Positions 8,356 through 18,567 of a stretch of DNA of 52,338 nt are shown here, piece by piece. Under the pieces are notes generated by a model. That model had not been told where the DNA came from. It made no database searches and worked only from the letters and a program-made list of their open reading frames with translations. The stretch's first letter is position 1; each line of letters begins with the position of its first letter. A program made the translations under genes and the position numbers. This DNA is from Tubiluchus corallicola (Eukaryota > Animalia > Priapulida): positions 6,581 to 58,918 of the forward strand of contig JAQGDQ010002415.1 in the NCBI GenBank assembly GCA_030141605.1, written 5' to 3'.

Positions 8356-9130
8356 TTAGTTTAAGATAATTTTCTTACTGACAATAAAATCATTATAGAC
8401 CGTTTGTATCAAATAAATACCTTTGGGAAGAAAAGATAAATCAAAAGTAGCTATATCTTTTTTGGGTACGGTGGTTCGCACCACAGACCCCTCCTCTCAT
8501 TGCTCTAACTTCTACTATCTCTTTTTCTACCCCGTATTCATATTTGATATTTACAATACCATTTGTAGGGTTAGGATAAAGTATAAATTGATATAGCTCA
8601 GTGTTTTTCGAAAGGTGTTTCAAAGAATATTCGCCTATGTAAATAGTATCGGAAGTAGAAAGAAGAGGAATGGCTTCTCCTTTGTGATTGTTTGCCATAT
8701 AAGGATGAGCAGACACAGAGATAAAGTCCTTGGTTAAACCCTCTTTTATCTTTACAAAAAGAGAGAGTACATTTTCTTTACTGTCTAAAAAAAAGTTCTC
8801 ATTCAAACCTGTAACAGCATAACGCAGCAGCCCTTCACTTTGATTTTGTTGATATAGGTCAATATAATCCTTGCCTCGCTCTCCAAAAGTGCTGCCTGTG
8901 GAAAGTGCAATAGAATTAGTGTCCAAGTCCTGTGGGTTATAACGAATGTCAAAAGCTATACCATAAAGAAGTTCTATATTATCTTGAGGGTAGAAATTAA
9001 AAACCACCACCTCATCCAAACGCTCACGAGATAAAACAGGAGTAGGAGTTTCTACTTTTAGCAGCTCTTGCGAGAAAACAGAACAATTTAATAGAAAGAA
9101 AGATATTAAATTTAAGCAAAATAATCTCAT
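8356..9130 (-). CDS. Cohesin-like domain protein with T9SS type-A C-terminal domain, frameshifted at about 8488-8491 (pseudogene or sequencing error)
   Basis: Likely start MRLFCLNLISFFLLNCSVFSQ (ATG 9130); LYGIAFDIRYNP..GLLRYAVT cohesin-like beta-sandwich; CTD begins FILYPNPTNGIVNI and continues in the shifted frame as ..FDLSFLPKGIYLIQTVYNDFIVSKKIILN* (stop 8356-8358). Confidence 0.75.
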
Positions 9131-9394
9131 AAGACTAAAAGATTTTAAGAAATTAGGTGTAAAATATCTTAACTTAAAAAACACAAGTTTACATAAAAAA
9201 ACTCTTTTGTACAAAAAAATATATTAAGAATTAGCAATATATTCTAAGTAGTTTAAAACCATCCTTAAATTCAGTTACTGCTAAGTACAATACAAGTTTT
9301 AGAAACTTTCATCTTTTAGTTTTTGGCAATAAAAATAGGCAATGAATGAAAAATTAAATATTAGTATACCATTACCTTATTTTGTTATAAAGAC

Positions 9395-9402
9395 TATCTT
9401 TG
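9395..9402 (+). promoter_or_regulatory. Bacteroidota -7 promoter element upstream of LacI gene
   Basis: TATCTTTG matches TAnnTTTG, about 60 nt before the ATG. Confidence 0.5.
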
Positions 9403-9464
9403 TAAAACTTAAATATTTAACTCCTATTTAACCTTTATTTATTAGTCAACACAAACAAGCTAAT

Positions 9465-10508
9465 ATGAACAAAAAAGTAAGTATTAAAGATATTGAAAAA
9501 GAAACAGGTATTTCAAAAGGCACAATCCATAGAGTATTACACAAAACAGGCTATGTAGCAGACGGAACTAGAAAAAAGGTACTACAAGCAGTAAAAAAAT
9601 TAAACTACAAACCAAACTTACTTGCAAGCACATTAGCTTATAATAAAAAACGAACTTTTGCTACTTTAATTCCAGACCCTGCAGAAATTTCTTTTTGGAA
9701 AGATGTAGACAAAGGCTGTAAAAAAGCCATCAAAGAACTTTCTTTCTTTAATATAGATGTACAACGTTTCTATTTTAGCTTAAAAGACAATGACTTCGAA
9801 GAGCAAAGCCAAAACATTTTATCCATAAAAGACGTATCAGGAGTTGTATTTGTCCCTACCTTTAAAGAAGCATCTTACAAGTTCTCTTCACAATTGGAAC
9901 GCCAAAAGGTTCCATTTATAAATATAAATGTGCACGACAGAAACCTCCCCTATATTGCCTATCTCGGACAAGATGCTTATGGAATAGGACAACAAGGAGC
10001 TTTTTTAATAAACTCTGTTGTTCCCGAAGGAAAAACTTTAATAACCAACTTATATTCACAAAATAAACACTCTATCTATAGAGAACGAAGAATAAAAGGA
10101 TTCTCTGATTTTTATGGAAAAATAGGTAGAAAAAACGATATTATACTATTTGAAGCCTCTACCAACAATGAAAAAAACTTAGTAAAATCATTAAAAGAAG
10201 TACTTGATAAACATACGATTAGCTCTATATTTATTAATAACTCGCGAGGATATCTAATCGGTAATTTTCTGAAACAACACAATTATAAAGGCATATACTT
10301 TGTTGGAATGGATTTAATAAAAGAAAACATCTCATTGATGAAAGAAGACTATATTGATTTTCTTATCTCACAAAAGCCTGAAACACAAGGAGAACAAGGA
10401 CTAATGCTTTTGTTTGATGTGCTAATAAAAAAACAAGCTATTGAAAAAATACAATATCTCCCCATAGATTTAATAAACAGATACAACTTAGAATATTATC
10501 ACATATAA
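9465..10508 (+). CDS. LacI-family transcriptional regulator
   Basis: N-terminal HTH VSIKDIEKETGISKGTIHRVL..LNYKPNLLASTL followed by a periplasmic-binding-protein-like sugar-binding domain. Confidence 0.93.
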   Translation: MNKKVSIKDIEKETGISKGTIHRVLHKTGYVADGTRKKVLQAVKKLNYKPNLLASTLAYNKKRTFATLIPDPAEISFWKDVDKGCKKAIKELSFFNIDVQRFYFSLKDNDFEEQSQNILSIKDVSGVVFVPTFKEASYKFSSQLERQKVPFININVHDRNLPYIAYLGQDAYGIGQQGAFLINSVVPEGKTLITNLYSQNKHSIYRERRIKGFSDFYGKIGRKNDIILFEASTNNEKNLVKSLKEVLDKHTISSIFINNSRGYLIGNFLKQHNYKGIYFVGMDLIKENISLMKEDYIDFLISQKPETQGEQGLMLLFDVLIKKQAIEKIQYLPIDLINRYNLEYYHI

Positions 10509-10534
10509 TTATTTTAAAAAAAATATTAAAAAAG

Positions 10535-10733
10535 TTGCAAAAGATACTTGCGCATATTATATTTGTACTTTAATTGTGTGAACGCCCCCGCTTTTATTTA
10601 TCCTAATTAATAGCAAAAATAACCCTTGATTAGTTAGATGAAAGTACGTGAACGTACACGTGTTTTGTTTCACTAACAAAGCTAAAAATAAATAAACAAA
10701 ATTTTTAGTTCAATAAAATATGAGAACGCTCAC
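10535..10733 (+). promoter_or_regulatory. susC1 promoter (-7 TATATTTG 10558-10565) with three putative LacI operators
   Basis: GTGAACGCCCCC 10578-10589, GTGAACGTACAC 10648-10659, GAGAACGCTCAC 10722-10733; CG-centred pseudo-palindromes. Confidence 0.7.
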
Positions 10734-10753
10734 GATAAAAACTTACTAACTTT

Positions 10754-13741
10754 ATGAACAATATGTTACCATTCGCAAAAAAAGCATTTTATATTTTCAT
10801 CATTAGTTTCTTTTGTTTTTCAAGTACTTTCTCGCAATACACAATTACAGGTAGGGTATTTGACAAAGATAATAACGATGAAACTTTACCGGGAGTAAAC
10901 ATAACCATAAGGGGTACCTCAATAGGTACAATCTCCGACATAAATGGATCATATACTATTAGAATAAATGAGAATATAAAGTCTCCTGTACTCGTTTTCT
11001 CATACATAGGATACAAGACCCAAGAAATAAACGTAGAAGGAAGAATAATAATCAATGTGCATTTATCTACTGATGCCCTACTATTGGACGAGCTGGTAGT
11101 AGTAGGATACGGAACACAGTCGAGAAGCAACATAGTAAGTGCTATTTCATCTGTTGAGGCAGAGGAGATGCAAAAGATACCCACTACCGACGTAGGAGAA
11201 ATGCTTAGAGGAAGAGCAGCAGGGGTGCAAGTTACAGTTGATAACGCCTCGCCGGGAGGTTCATCCAATATTCTTATCCGAGGACAAAGCTCCTTATCTG
11301 GCGGCAACGACCCTCTTATTATTTTAGATGGAGTGCCTGTAAGTAGCCTCAACGATATAAACCCCAGAGATATAGAATCATTAGAAGTATTAAAAGACGC
11401 ATCATCACAAGCCATTTATGGAGCAAGAGCCTCCAATGGTGTTATTCTCGTCACTACAAAAAGAGGAAAAGAAGGAAAGGCAGAAGTAAGTTACAACGCC
11501 TATGTAGGTTTTCAGAATGCAGTAAAAAGAAACTTTGACATATACAATGGAGATGAATATGCTCAATTTAGAAGAGAAGCATTTAGAACAGACAATAATG
11601 GATATATACCCGACGAAGACATATTTACTTCCTTAATGTTAGATGTTTTAGAATCAGGACAGTTTATTGACTGGGAAGATGAATATTTGCAGAAAAACAC
11701 ACTTGTTACACAGCACGATATAAGTATAAGAGGTGGAACAGATTTAACCAAAGCGGCTTTCAGTTTCGGTTATTTCGATAACGAGGGTGTACTACCCAAT
11801 TCTAATTACAACCGCTACAACATTCGTCTGAATGTAGACCAAAAAGTAAATAACTGGCTAGATATGGGAGCCAATTTCTATTACTTTATAGGATATAGAG
11901 AAAGAGAACCTTTTAACCGTAATGTTTTTACTCTCCCTCCCATATCAAAAAAATATGATGACAATGGTAACTTATTAACTTTTGTAACAGATGAAGGAAC
12001 TTATTTCAACCCCTTCATAAATATTGAAGAAACTATTAGGGAATCTGTTTCTCATAAGGGAATTTACAATATCTTTTTTGATGCAAGGCTGCCATTTGAC
12101 GTAAAATACCGTTTAAATGCTAGTTGGAGAACATGGAACGAGACTGCAGGAAACTATCAGTCCTCATTAGAGCAAAGTGGAAGGTCTGTAGGAGGTAAAG
12201 CAACTCATACCAATGGGGAATCTCGTGAATATCTGATAGAAAATATATTTACTTACGATAAAAAAATTAACAAGCACCATATGGATTTCACAGGTGTACA
12301 TAGTATCAACCAACGTTATTGGGGACAAACTACTAACAATGCTTTCGGATTTCCCAACGACTTATTAGGATGGAAGGGTATAGCAGGAGCAGAAACACAA
12401 ACCATCAGCAGAAACGAAACACAAAGAAGGCTTGTTTCCTTTATGGGCAGAGCAAGATACAATTATGACAACAAGTATATACTAACACTTACAGCAAGAG
12501 CAGACGCTTCTTCTGTTTTTGGAGCTAATAACAAATGGGGCTACTTCCCTTCCGCAGCAATAGGCTGGAATGCTCATCAAGAAGATTTTTTGAAAGACGT
12601 TTTGTGGCTAAGCCAATTAAAAACAAGAATAAGTTACGGACAGACAGGTAACGAAGCCATTAGCCCCTACCAAAGCCTTGGAACATCTACCGAATACTAT
12701 TATGTTTTTGGAGACCAAGTGGGATCAGGGTTTGCTCCTGACTATCAACTACCCAATCCCAACTTAAAATGGGAAACCTCTACCACACTTAATACGGGTA
12801 TTGATTTTGGGTTATTAAAGGGACGTGTGCAAGGAAGTTTTGAGTATTACAATATTCAAACTACTGATTTGTTGATAAACAGAAGTATCAATGCAGTAAC
12901 AGGTTATACCATTATGTTAGAGAACGTGGGCAGAGTTGAGAACCAAGGAATAGAGTTATCTGTAACAGGACATATTATAGACAACAAAGACCTTCGCATA
13001 TCACTTACGCCAATTTTCACACTCAATAGAAACAAAATAAAAGAGCTCTATGGTGCATTAGACACAATACCTAATGGAAATTCAAACACAGGATGGCGTA
13101 TTGTAGGAGAGCCTATTAACAATTATTACGATTTTGTGTTCGATGGAATATGGCAAGAAAACGACGATATACTCAATTCGCACATGCCCACAGCAAAACC
13201 TGGAGACATTAAAGTGAAAGACGTAAATGGAGACGGAGAAATAACAGATGCTGATAGGGTGGCAATGAGTAGAGTACCAGATTGGATAGGCTCTCTGGTG
13301 CTTAATGTAAATTACAAGAATCTTGATTTTTCAGCTGAACTCTATACTGTTCAAAATCTAACAAGAGTAAACCCATATTTACACCAACATACTCTTGGAG
13401 GTGATTTAAGAGGGCAGCAAAACGGTATAAAAAGAGACTATTGGACACCTGAAAACCCCTCCAACACAGCACCAAGACCTTCTGACAAAGCGTCAGACCC
13501 TAACATAAGAATTAGTGCCTATGAAAACTCATCTTACGTTAGATTAAGATCGATGGTATTGGGCTATACCTTTCCAGAAAAGTGGTTGAATCCTTATAGA
13601 ATTAAAAATCTTAGAGTATATACCTCAGTAACCAACCCATTTACCTGGATGAACTACCAATCGTACAGTCCTGAGAAAGACCCCAGTAGCTATCCAGAAG
13701 CATTTACCTACAACTTTGGTATAAGACTTACTTTCTTATAA
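10754..13741 (+). CDS. susC: SusC/RagA TonB-dependent transporter
   Basis: CarboxypepD-like N-terminus, LDELVVVGYG, plug DIESLEVLKDASSQAIYGARASNGVILVTTKRG, NPNLKWETS. Confidence 0.96.
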   Translation: MNNMLPFAKKAFYIFIISFFCFSSTFSQYTITGRVFDKDNNDETLPGVNITIRGTSIGTISDINGSYTIRINENIKSPVLVFSYIGYKTQEINVEGRIIINVHLSTDALLLDELVVVGYGTQSRSNIVSAISSVEAEEMQKIPTTDVGEMLRGRAAGVQVTVDNASPGGSSNILIRGQSSLSGGNDPLIILDGVPVSSLNDINPRDIESLEVLKDASSQAIYGARASNGVILVTTKRGKEGKAEVSYNAYVGFQNAVKRNFDIYNGDEYAQFRREAFRTDNNGYIPDEDIFTSLMLDVLESGQFIDWEDEYLQKNTLVTQHDISIRGGTDLTKAAFSFGYFDNEGVLPNSNYNRYNIRLNVDQKVNNWLDMGANFYYFIGYREREPFNRNVFTLPPISKKYDDNGNLLTFVTDEGTYFNPFINIEETIRESVSHKGIYNIFFDARLPFDVKYRLNASWRTWNETAGNYQSSLEQSGRSVGGKATHTNGESREYLIENIFTYDKKINKHHMDFTGVHSINQRYWGQTTNNAFGFPNDLLGWKGIAGAETQTISRNETQRRLVSFMGRARYNYDNKYILTLTARADASSVFGANNKWGYFPSAAIGWNAHQEDFLKDVLWLSQLKTRISYGQTGNEAISPYQSLGTSTEYYYVFGDQVGSGFAPDYQLPNPNLKWETSTTLNTGIDFGLLKGRVQGSFEYYNIQTTDLLINRSINAVTGYTIMLENVGRVENQGIELSVTGHIIDNKDLRISLTPIFTLNRNKIKELYGALDTIPNGNSNTGWRIVGEPINNYYDFVFDGIWQENDDILNSHMPTAKPGDIKVKDVNGDGEITDADRVAMSRVPDWIGSLVLNVNYKNLDFSAELYTVQNLTRVNPYLHQHTLGGDLRGQQNGIKRDYWTPENPSNTAPRPSDKASDPNIRISAYENSSYVRLRSMVLGYTFPEKWLNPYRIKNLRVYTSVTNPFTWMNYQSYSPEKDPSSYPEAFTYNFGIRLTFL

Positions 13742-13759
13742 AATAAAACACTATAAAAA

Positions 13760-15307
13760 ATGAAAAATAAAATATTTATATATTGTATAATACTCATTTT
13801 CTCATCGAGTAGCTGTAAAAAATGGTTGGAAGAAACCAACCCTACCGAAGTAGACAACAGCTTTGTTTATAATACACTTGCGGGTTTAAAAACTAATGTT
13901 GTAGCTCTATACAACAGAGAAAGAAGTATTATGAGTTCAAACGAGTCTAAAGATCACACTCTACTATGGGTTATAACAGACCTTGCATCTCCAAGAACAG
14001 GATATCCAAGAGAACGCTATTATGACCCTGAAAGATTTAATCCAGTAAGACTAGGGGCAGCTGAATCTCTTTGGAAGTTAGGTTATAGAATTATAGAGAG
14101 AGCTAATGCCATTATCAAAGCTGCTCCTAATGTGGATATGAGCGAAGAAGAAAGAAACCAAATATTAGCAGAAGCTAAATGCCATAGAGCACAAGCTTAT
14201 TTCACTTTAATACGTCTTTTCGACAACATATACTTAACCACTGAACCTACCTCACCAGAATCAGCACTAGATACTACTATTGTATATAGTCCTGCTCTGG
14301 CCGAGGATGTTTTTGATTTGATTAACAACGATTTAGGCTTTGCCATAGAACACTTAGAATGGACAGACTTACCGGGTAGATACACCCAAGCATCAGCAAG
14401 GCACATAAGAGCCAAAGCAGCTATGTGGCAAGAAGACTGGGATACTGCAATAGAACACTGCGAAGCAATTGTAAATAGTGGTAATTTTCAGTTGCTTGAT
14501 ACAGATATCGTATTTGGCAAACATACAGGAATAAGAAATCATGATGAAGCAATTTATGTTCAGCAATTTGACTTTGCAAGAAAAGAAATAGGAGGTGGAG
14601 GTGATAAACACAATTTATTCTATATTTTTGTAACCCGCTACTATGAAAGAGATGGAATAATACACGATGTATCACAAGGTGGAAACTGTCTTGGATGGGC
14701 AATACCCAATAACTATCTATTAGGATTGTATGACCAAACAAACGATAAGAGATACAATGACTATTATAGAAACTTTTTCATCTACAATGACCCCAATAAC
14801 TTACCTAACAATACAGATTTAGGGGATACCCTAAAAATAAGTTTAAACGAAAATCCTATTAATAGTAGGAGGGCCGCTATAAGTTTGTGGAAAAATTATG
14901 ACCCTGCAGGACCTGATGATAAACGAGAAGGGTTTAGCGATATAATTGTATATAGACTGGCAGAAACACACTTAATAGCCGCAGAAGCTTATATGAGGAA
15001 TAACAATAACGACAAGGCAGTAGAACACATTAACAAAGTGAGAACAAGAGCAGGGATAAGTGATTTGGAAACAGTAACAGAGCAGGATATAATGGATGAG
15101 AGAGCCAGAGAGTTAGCTTTTGAAGGACAAAGATGGTTCTTCCTGAAAAGAATAGAGAAACTATTAGAGCAAGTAAGAAACTATGCAGGGAATGAGGGGG
15201 ACAATGATGAGGGTAGAGATTTCATACAAAACTACAATGTAAGATGGCCTATACACGACTCGCAAATAAAGCTAATGAGAGAATTTCCTCAAAATCCAGG
15301 TTATTAA
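13760..15307 (+). CDS. susD: SusD/RagB lipoprotein
   Basis: Lipobox SSSC, RAQAYFTLIRLF, YRLAETHLIAAEA, ERARELAFEGQRWFFLKR, C-terminal QNPGY. Confidence 0.95.
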   Translation: MKNKIFIYCIILIFSSSSCKKWLEETNPTEVDNSFVYNTLAGLKTNVVALYNRERSIMSSNESKDHTLLWVITDLASPRTGYPRERYYDPERFNPVRLGAAESLWKLGYRIIERANAIIKAAPNVDMSEEERNQILAEAKCHRAQAYFTLIRLFDNIYLTTEPTSPESALDTTIVYSPALAEDVFDLINNDLGFAIEHLEWTDLPGRYTQASARHIRAKAAMWQEDWDTAIEHCEAIVNSGNFQLLDTDIVFGKHTGIRNHDEAIYVQQFDFARKEIGGGGDKHNLFYIFVTRYYERDGIIHDVSQGGNCLGWAIPNNYLLGLYDQTNDKRYNDYYRNFFIYNDPNNLPNNTDLGDTLKISLNENPINSRRAAISLWKNYDPAGPDDKREGFSDIIVYRLAETHLIAAEAYMRNNNNDKAVEHINKVRTRAGISDLETVTEQDIMDERARELAFEGQRWFFLKRIEKLLEQVRNYAGNEGDNDEGRDFIQNYNVRWPIHDSQIKLMREFPQNPGY

Positions 15308-15331
15308 CATAAACAACAAACAATATAAATT

Positions 15332-16927
15332 ATGAGAAGAACAGCATTTATAGTAGCAAGTGTCCTTTTATTCGCTTCTTGTAAAAAAGACAGTGAAGGG
15401 AACAGTATGCCACCAGTCAATAATAAAGAAGGAACATATTATATAGATAATGTAAACGGAGATAATAATAACACAGGAGAATCTCCCGAAAAAGCGTGGA
15501 AAACAATAACAAATATGAATAGGCTTACTTTTCAGCCGGGGGATAAAATATTGCTAAAAGCAGGAGGAGTTTGGGATGGAGTTATTGCCCCAAAAGGAAA
15601 AGGAGAAAAAGACAACCCCATTGTGATAGATATGTATGGAGAAGGTGAAAAACCCCTCTTAAATGGTAACGGCAGACATCCCTTTACTGTTAGGCTACAA
15701 GACATTGAGTATTTTGAATTGAAAAATTTAAGGATTACCAACAAAGGAGAAGAAAGAGCAGAAAAAGGTGTGTTGAGAGTAGGAGTTCACATTATAGCAG
15801 AGGATATGGGAGAAGTTAATCATATTCACCTAAAAGGCTTGGAAATATATGATGTAAATGGTTTTTACGGAGTTTCTGGCGATGACTTCAACGCAGGCAA
15901 AGAAAACGGAGGTATACTCATTGAAATAAAAGGAAGCGAGAAACCCACTTATTTTAATGGTTTGGTCGTAGAAGACTGCCACATACACAATGTAGAGCAA
16001 TCGGGTATGACCAATAAATCCTCTTGGTCGAGCAGAACCTTTACCGATGATGGTGATTGGACACCTAGCCTTAATGTAGTAATACGCGGCAATCGCTTTG
16101 AAAAAATAGGAGGCAACGGACTGATACTAAGAGTTGCGAAATCTCCTCTGATAGAAAACAATCTGTTCGATAGTTGTGGTTTGTTTACCACAGGCAATGC
16201 CAGCTTTTCGTTCAACACAGACGACGCCCTTTGGCAATACAATGAAGCTCGCTTTACACACAATACGGGCGAAGATGTAGATGCTGGTGGGTTCGATAGT
16301 GATTATCGCTCAAAAGGAACTATCTTTCAATACAACTACTCTCACGATAACGAACACGGGGGCATACTTATAACGGGTGGACCCTCCAACCTTACTACCG
16401 CACCATTTAATGATGGAACTATCGTCAGATACAATGTATTTGCTAATAACAAAGCCCACATTGTTCGCACATCAGGATTGGCTACTAACACTCTTATACA
16501 TAATAATGTGTTTTATACGGATGCTACTTTAGAAGATAAGATGGACTTAGGAATGGTTTATCATAAAAGTTGGAGTGGAACTTCTGACAATACAGAATAT
16601 TACAACAATATTTTTTACTCAGAAGTGGCTTGCGACCTCTTTAACAATGAAGGTAATAGCACTAACAATACATTTGACAATAATATATTTTACTACGAAA
16701 ATGGAGGAGGCACTGAGATACCCACAGGCAATGACAATATACAAGAAGACCCTTTATTTAGCTTTGGCTTTGGTTTAGAAGGAGCATTTAGATTTCAACT
16801 AAACGAAGGCTCACCCGCTATTGATGCAGGGAAGGAAATACCAGACAATGTGCTAAAAGATTATGCAGGTAACACTGTGCCTGTTGATGTTATTGACATA
16901 GGTGCTTTTGAAAAGAAAAAGCAATAA
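15332..16927 (+). CDS. Lipoprotein with right-handed parallel beta-helix (putative polysaccharide lyase/hydrolase)
   Basis: Lipobox FASC-KKD; YYIDNVNGDNNNTGESPEKAWKTI; PGDKILLK; DAGGFDSDY..QYNYSHDN; SPAIDAG..DIGAFE. Confidence 0.8.
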   Translation: MRRTAFIVASVLLFASCKKDSEGNSMPPVNNKEGTYYIDNVNGDNNNTGESPEKAWKTITNMNRLTFQPGDKILLKAGGVWDGVIAPKGKGEKDNPIVIDMYGEGEKPLLNGNGRHPFTVRLQDIEYFELKNLRITNKGEERAEKGVLRVGVHIIAEDMGEVNHIHLKGLEIYDVNGFYGVSGDDFNAGKENGGILIEIKGSEKPTYFNGLVVEDCHIHNVEQSGMTNKSSWSSRTFTDDGDWTPSLNVVIRGNRFEKIGGNGLILRVAKSPLIENNLFDSCGLFTTGNASFSFNTDDALWQYNEARFTHNTGEDVDAGGFDSDYRSKGTIFQYNYSHDNEHGGILITGGPSNLTTAPFNDGTIVRYNVFANNKAHIVRTSGLATNTLIHNNVFYTDATLEDKMDLGMVYHKSWSGTSDNTEYYNNIFYSEVACDLFNNEGNSTNNTFDNNIFYYENGGGTEIPTGNDNIQEDPLFSFGFGLEGAFRFQLNEGSPAIDAGKEIPDNVLKDYAGNTVPVDVIDIGAFEKKKQ

Positions 16928-16959
16928 ATGTTTATATAGAAACAAAAAAATAAAGAATT

Positions 16960-18531
16960 ATGAAAAGTATAAAATTGTATTTATCATTATGCAGTCTATT
17001 TGTTACACTTATTTTAAGTTGTGAAAAAGAAGACGACTTTACCAATCCACCCAACCCCGGTGAGCCTAACATTACTAAGTTTGCAACAACAATAGATGAA
17101 GAAACAGGTCAAGTAGTTTTTAGCTTTGGTGGTGAGAATATCCATCTTTACAAACTATATTTTGGTGATGCAGAAAGCACAGAAGAAACCTCCGAAGGCG
17201 AAGAGTTAGAATTTACTTACAGCGATTTAAAAAACATCGCTTATGAAGCTATGTTAATAGGCTATGGCCCTCGCACCAAAGACACTGCCCGCACAGCAAT
17301 AGATGTAACCATAGGCACTCCCGAAGATGTGAAAGTAGAAACAGAGGTGGCAGAAACAGGAGGAGTTAAATTTACACTTACAGGAAACTATGTAGTTTCG
17401 TACCACATAGACTTTGGCGATGAAGAGGACACCTCTATTACTGAAATAGCAGACCCAACAGTAGTTAAACACATCTATGCAAATGCAGGAACATATACAG
17501 CAAAAATAACAGCCCATGGACGTGAAGGTAATGTAGACACAACTGTCTCTATTAAAATAGAAGAAATAAAAGATACTCCAAAAAACCTTTTTGCCTCTGC
17601 TGTATCTAACGAAGCAGGAATTGCTACACTTACACTTAAGGGAGATTATGTTGTTCGTTATGAAATAGACTGGAGAGATGATAGCGGTACAGAAATAGTA
17701 GATGACTCAGAAGACTCAATAACTATTACTCATTTATACAAAGAAGATGGAGATTATGACATAACAATAAACGCTTTTGGCTCAAACGAAGAGTCCATTG
17801 AATTCTCCATTGATGATCCATTAAATATAAACATTACTTATGTACCACTAGGTTTCTATGCACATTGGGCAGAGCCGGAAAATGTTGCTCCTTTCGATAT
17901 AAATAGAACAACGAATAGTGATGGTATTTTAGGTGTAATAGAGGGAGTACTTAGTGGTAGTGGTGCTATGTTTACTGATAGAAGCCTTGATGACAAAGGT
18001 ATACCTCGCTACGATCCTAATGATGATAAATGTGTAAGGATAACAACACCTTCTCAAGGTGGTCCAAATGCTCTACTTTTTAAATTATATGGACACTCAT
18101 TACTTGAGCCTTTTGGAGGAAAACTAAATTTGAAATATCAAAACAAATTTAAATTATTAGTTCATGCCTTTAGGAAAGATTCCAATGAAGGAACTGGAGA
18201 AGATCCTCCTCACAGAGTAAGATTGGTGTTGCAAAATAGGGGTGATAATATTGGAGATGTGTGGGATGATGAAATATATGTAGAAAAAAAATGGGATGAA
18301 AATGATCAATGGTTTGATTTAGAGTTTGACTTTTCTGACGATAGTGGCGAGTGGGTAAATGCAGATGGAAGTAACACCAAACCTTCTGAAAGAACAGATT
18401 TAGATTGTATTGCAATATACTTTTATCAAGACGGCACGGCAGCAAGACATAGAGTCCACTTTGACAAATTGGAATTATTAAATGTAGACGGCACGTCTAA
18501 TTTTGATTACAGAATACCGAATATTCCTTAA
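16960..18531 (+). CDS. Surface glycan-binding lipoprotein with three PKD-like domains
   Basis: Lipobox ILSC-EKEDD; repeats YKLYFGD, YHIDFGD..HIYANAGTY, YEIDWRD..HLYKEDGDY; lies downstream of susD. Confidence 0.7.
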   Translation: MKSIKLYLSLCSLFVTLILSCEKEDDFTNPPNPGEPNITKFATTIDEETGQVVFSFGGENIHLYKLYFGDAESTEETSEGEELEFTYSDLKNIAYEAMLIGYGPRTKDTARTAIDVTIGTPEDVKVETEVAETGGVKFTLTGNYVVSYHIDFGDEEDTSITEIADPTVVKHIYANAGTYTAKITAHGREGNVDTTVSIKIEEIKDTPKNLFASAVSNEAGIATLTLKGDYVVRYEIDWRDDSGTEIVDDSEDSITITHLYKEDGDYDITINAFGSNEESIEFSIDDPLNINITYVPLGFYAHWAEPENVAPFDINRTTNSDGILGVIEGVLSGSGAMFTDRSLDDKGIPRYDPNDDKCVRITTPSQGGPNALLFKLYGHSLLEPFGGKLNLKYQNKFKLLVHAFRKDSNEGTGEDPPHRVRLVLQNRGDNIGDVWDDEIYVEKKWDENDQWFDLEFDFSDDSGEWVNADGSNTKPSERTDLDCIAIYFYQDGTAARHRVHFDKLELLNVDGTSNFDYRIPNIP

Positions 18532-18567
18532 AAACCAACCTTAATTATTAATTAAAATTAAAAAACT

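Noticed and set aside
9131-9214. Longer N-terminus of the cohesin-like ORF (start 9214)
   Set aside because: ATG at 9130 gives a clean signal peptide; the upstream extension looks like AT-rich intergenic sequence
10578-10733. CRISPR-like array (short repeats about 70 nt apart)
   Set aside because: Repeats are only 12 bp and degenerate, there are no cas genes, and they fit operator sites better
10789-11415. 208-aa antisense ORF and other antisense ORFs within PUL and glt genes
   Set aside because: Entirely opposite well-conserved genes, with no recognisable motifs
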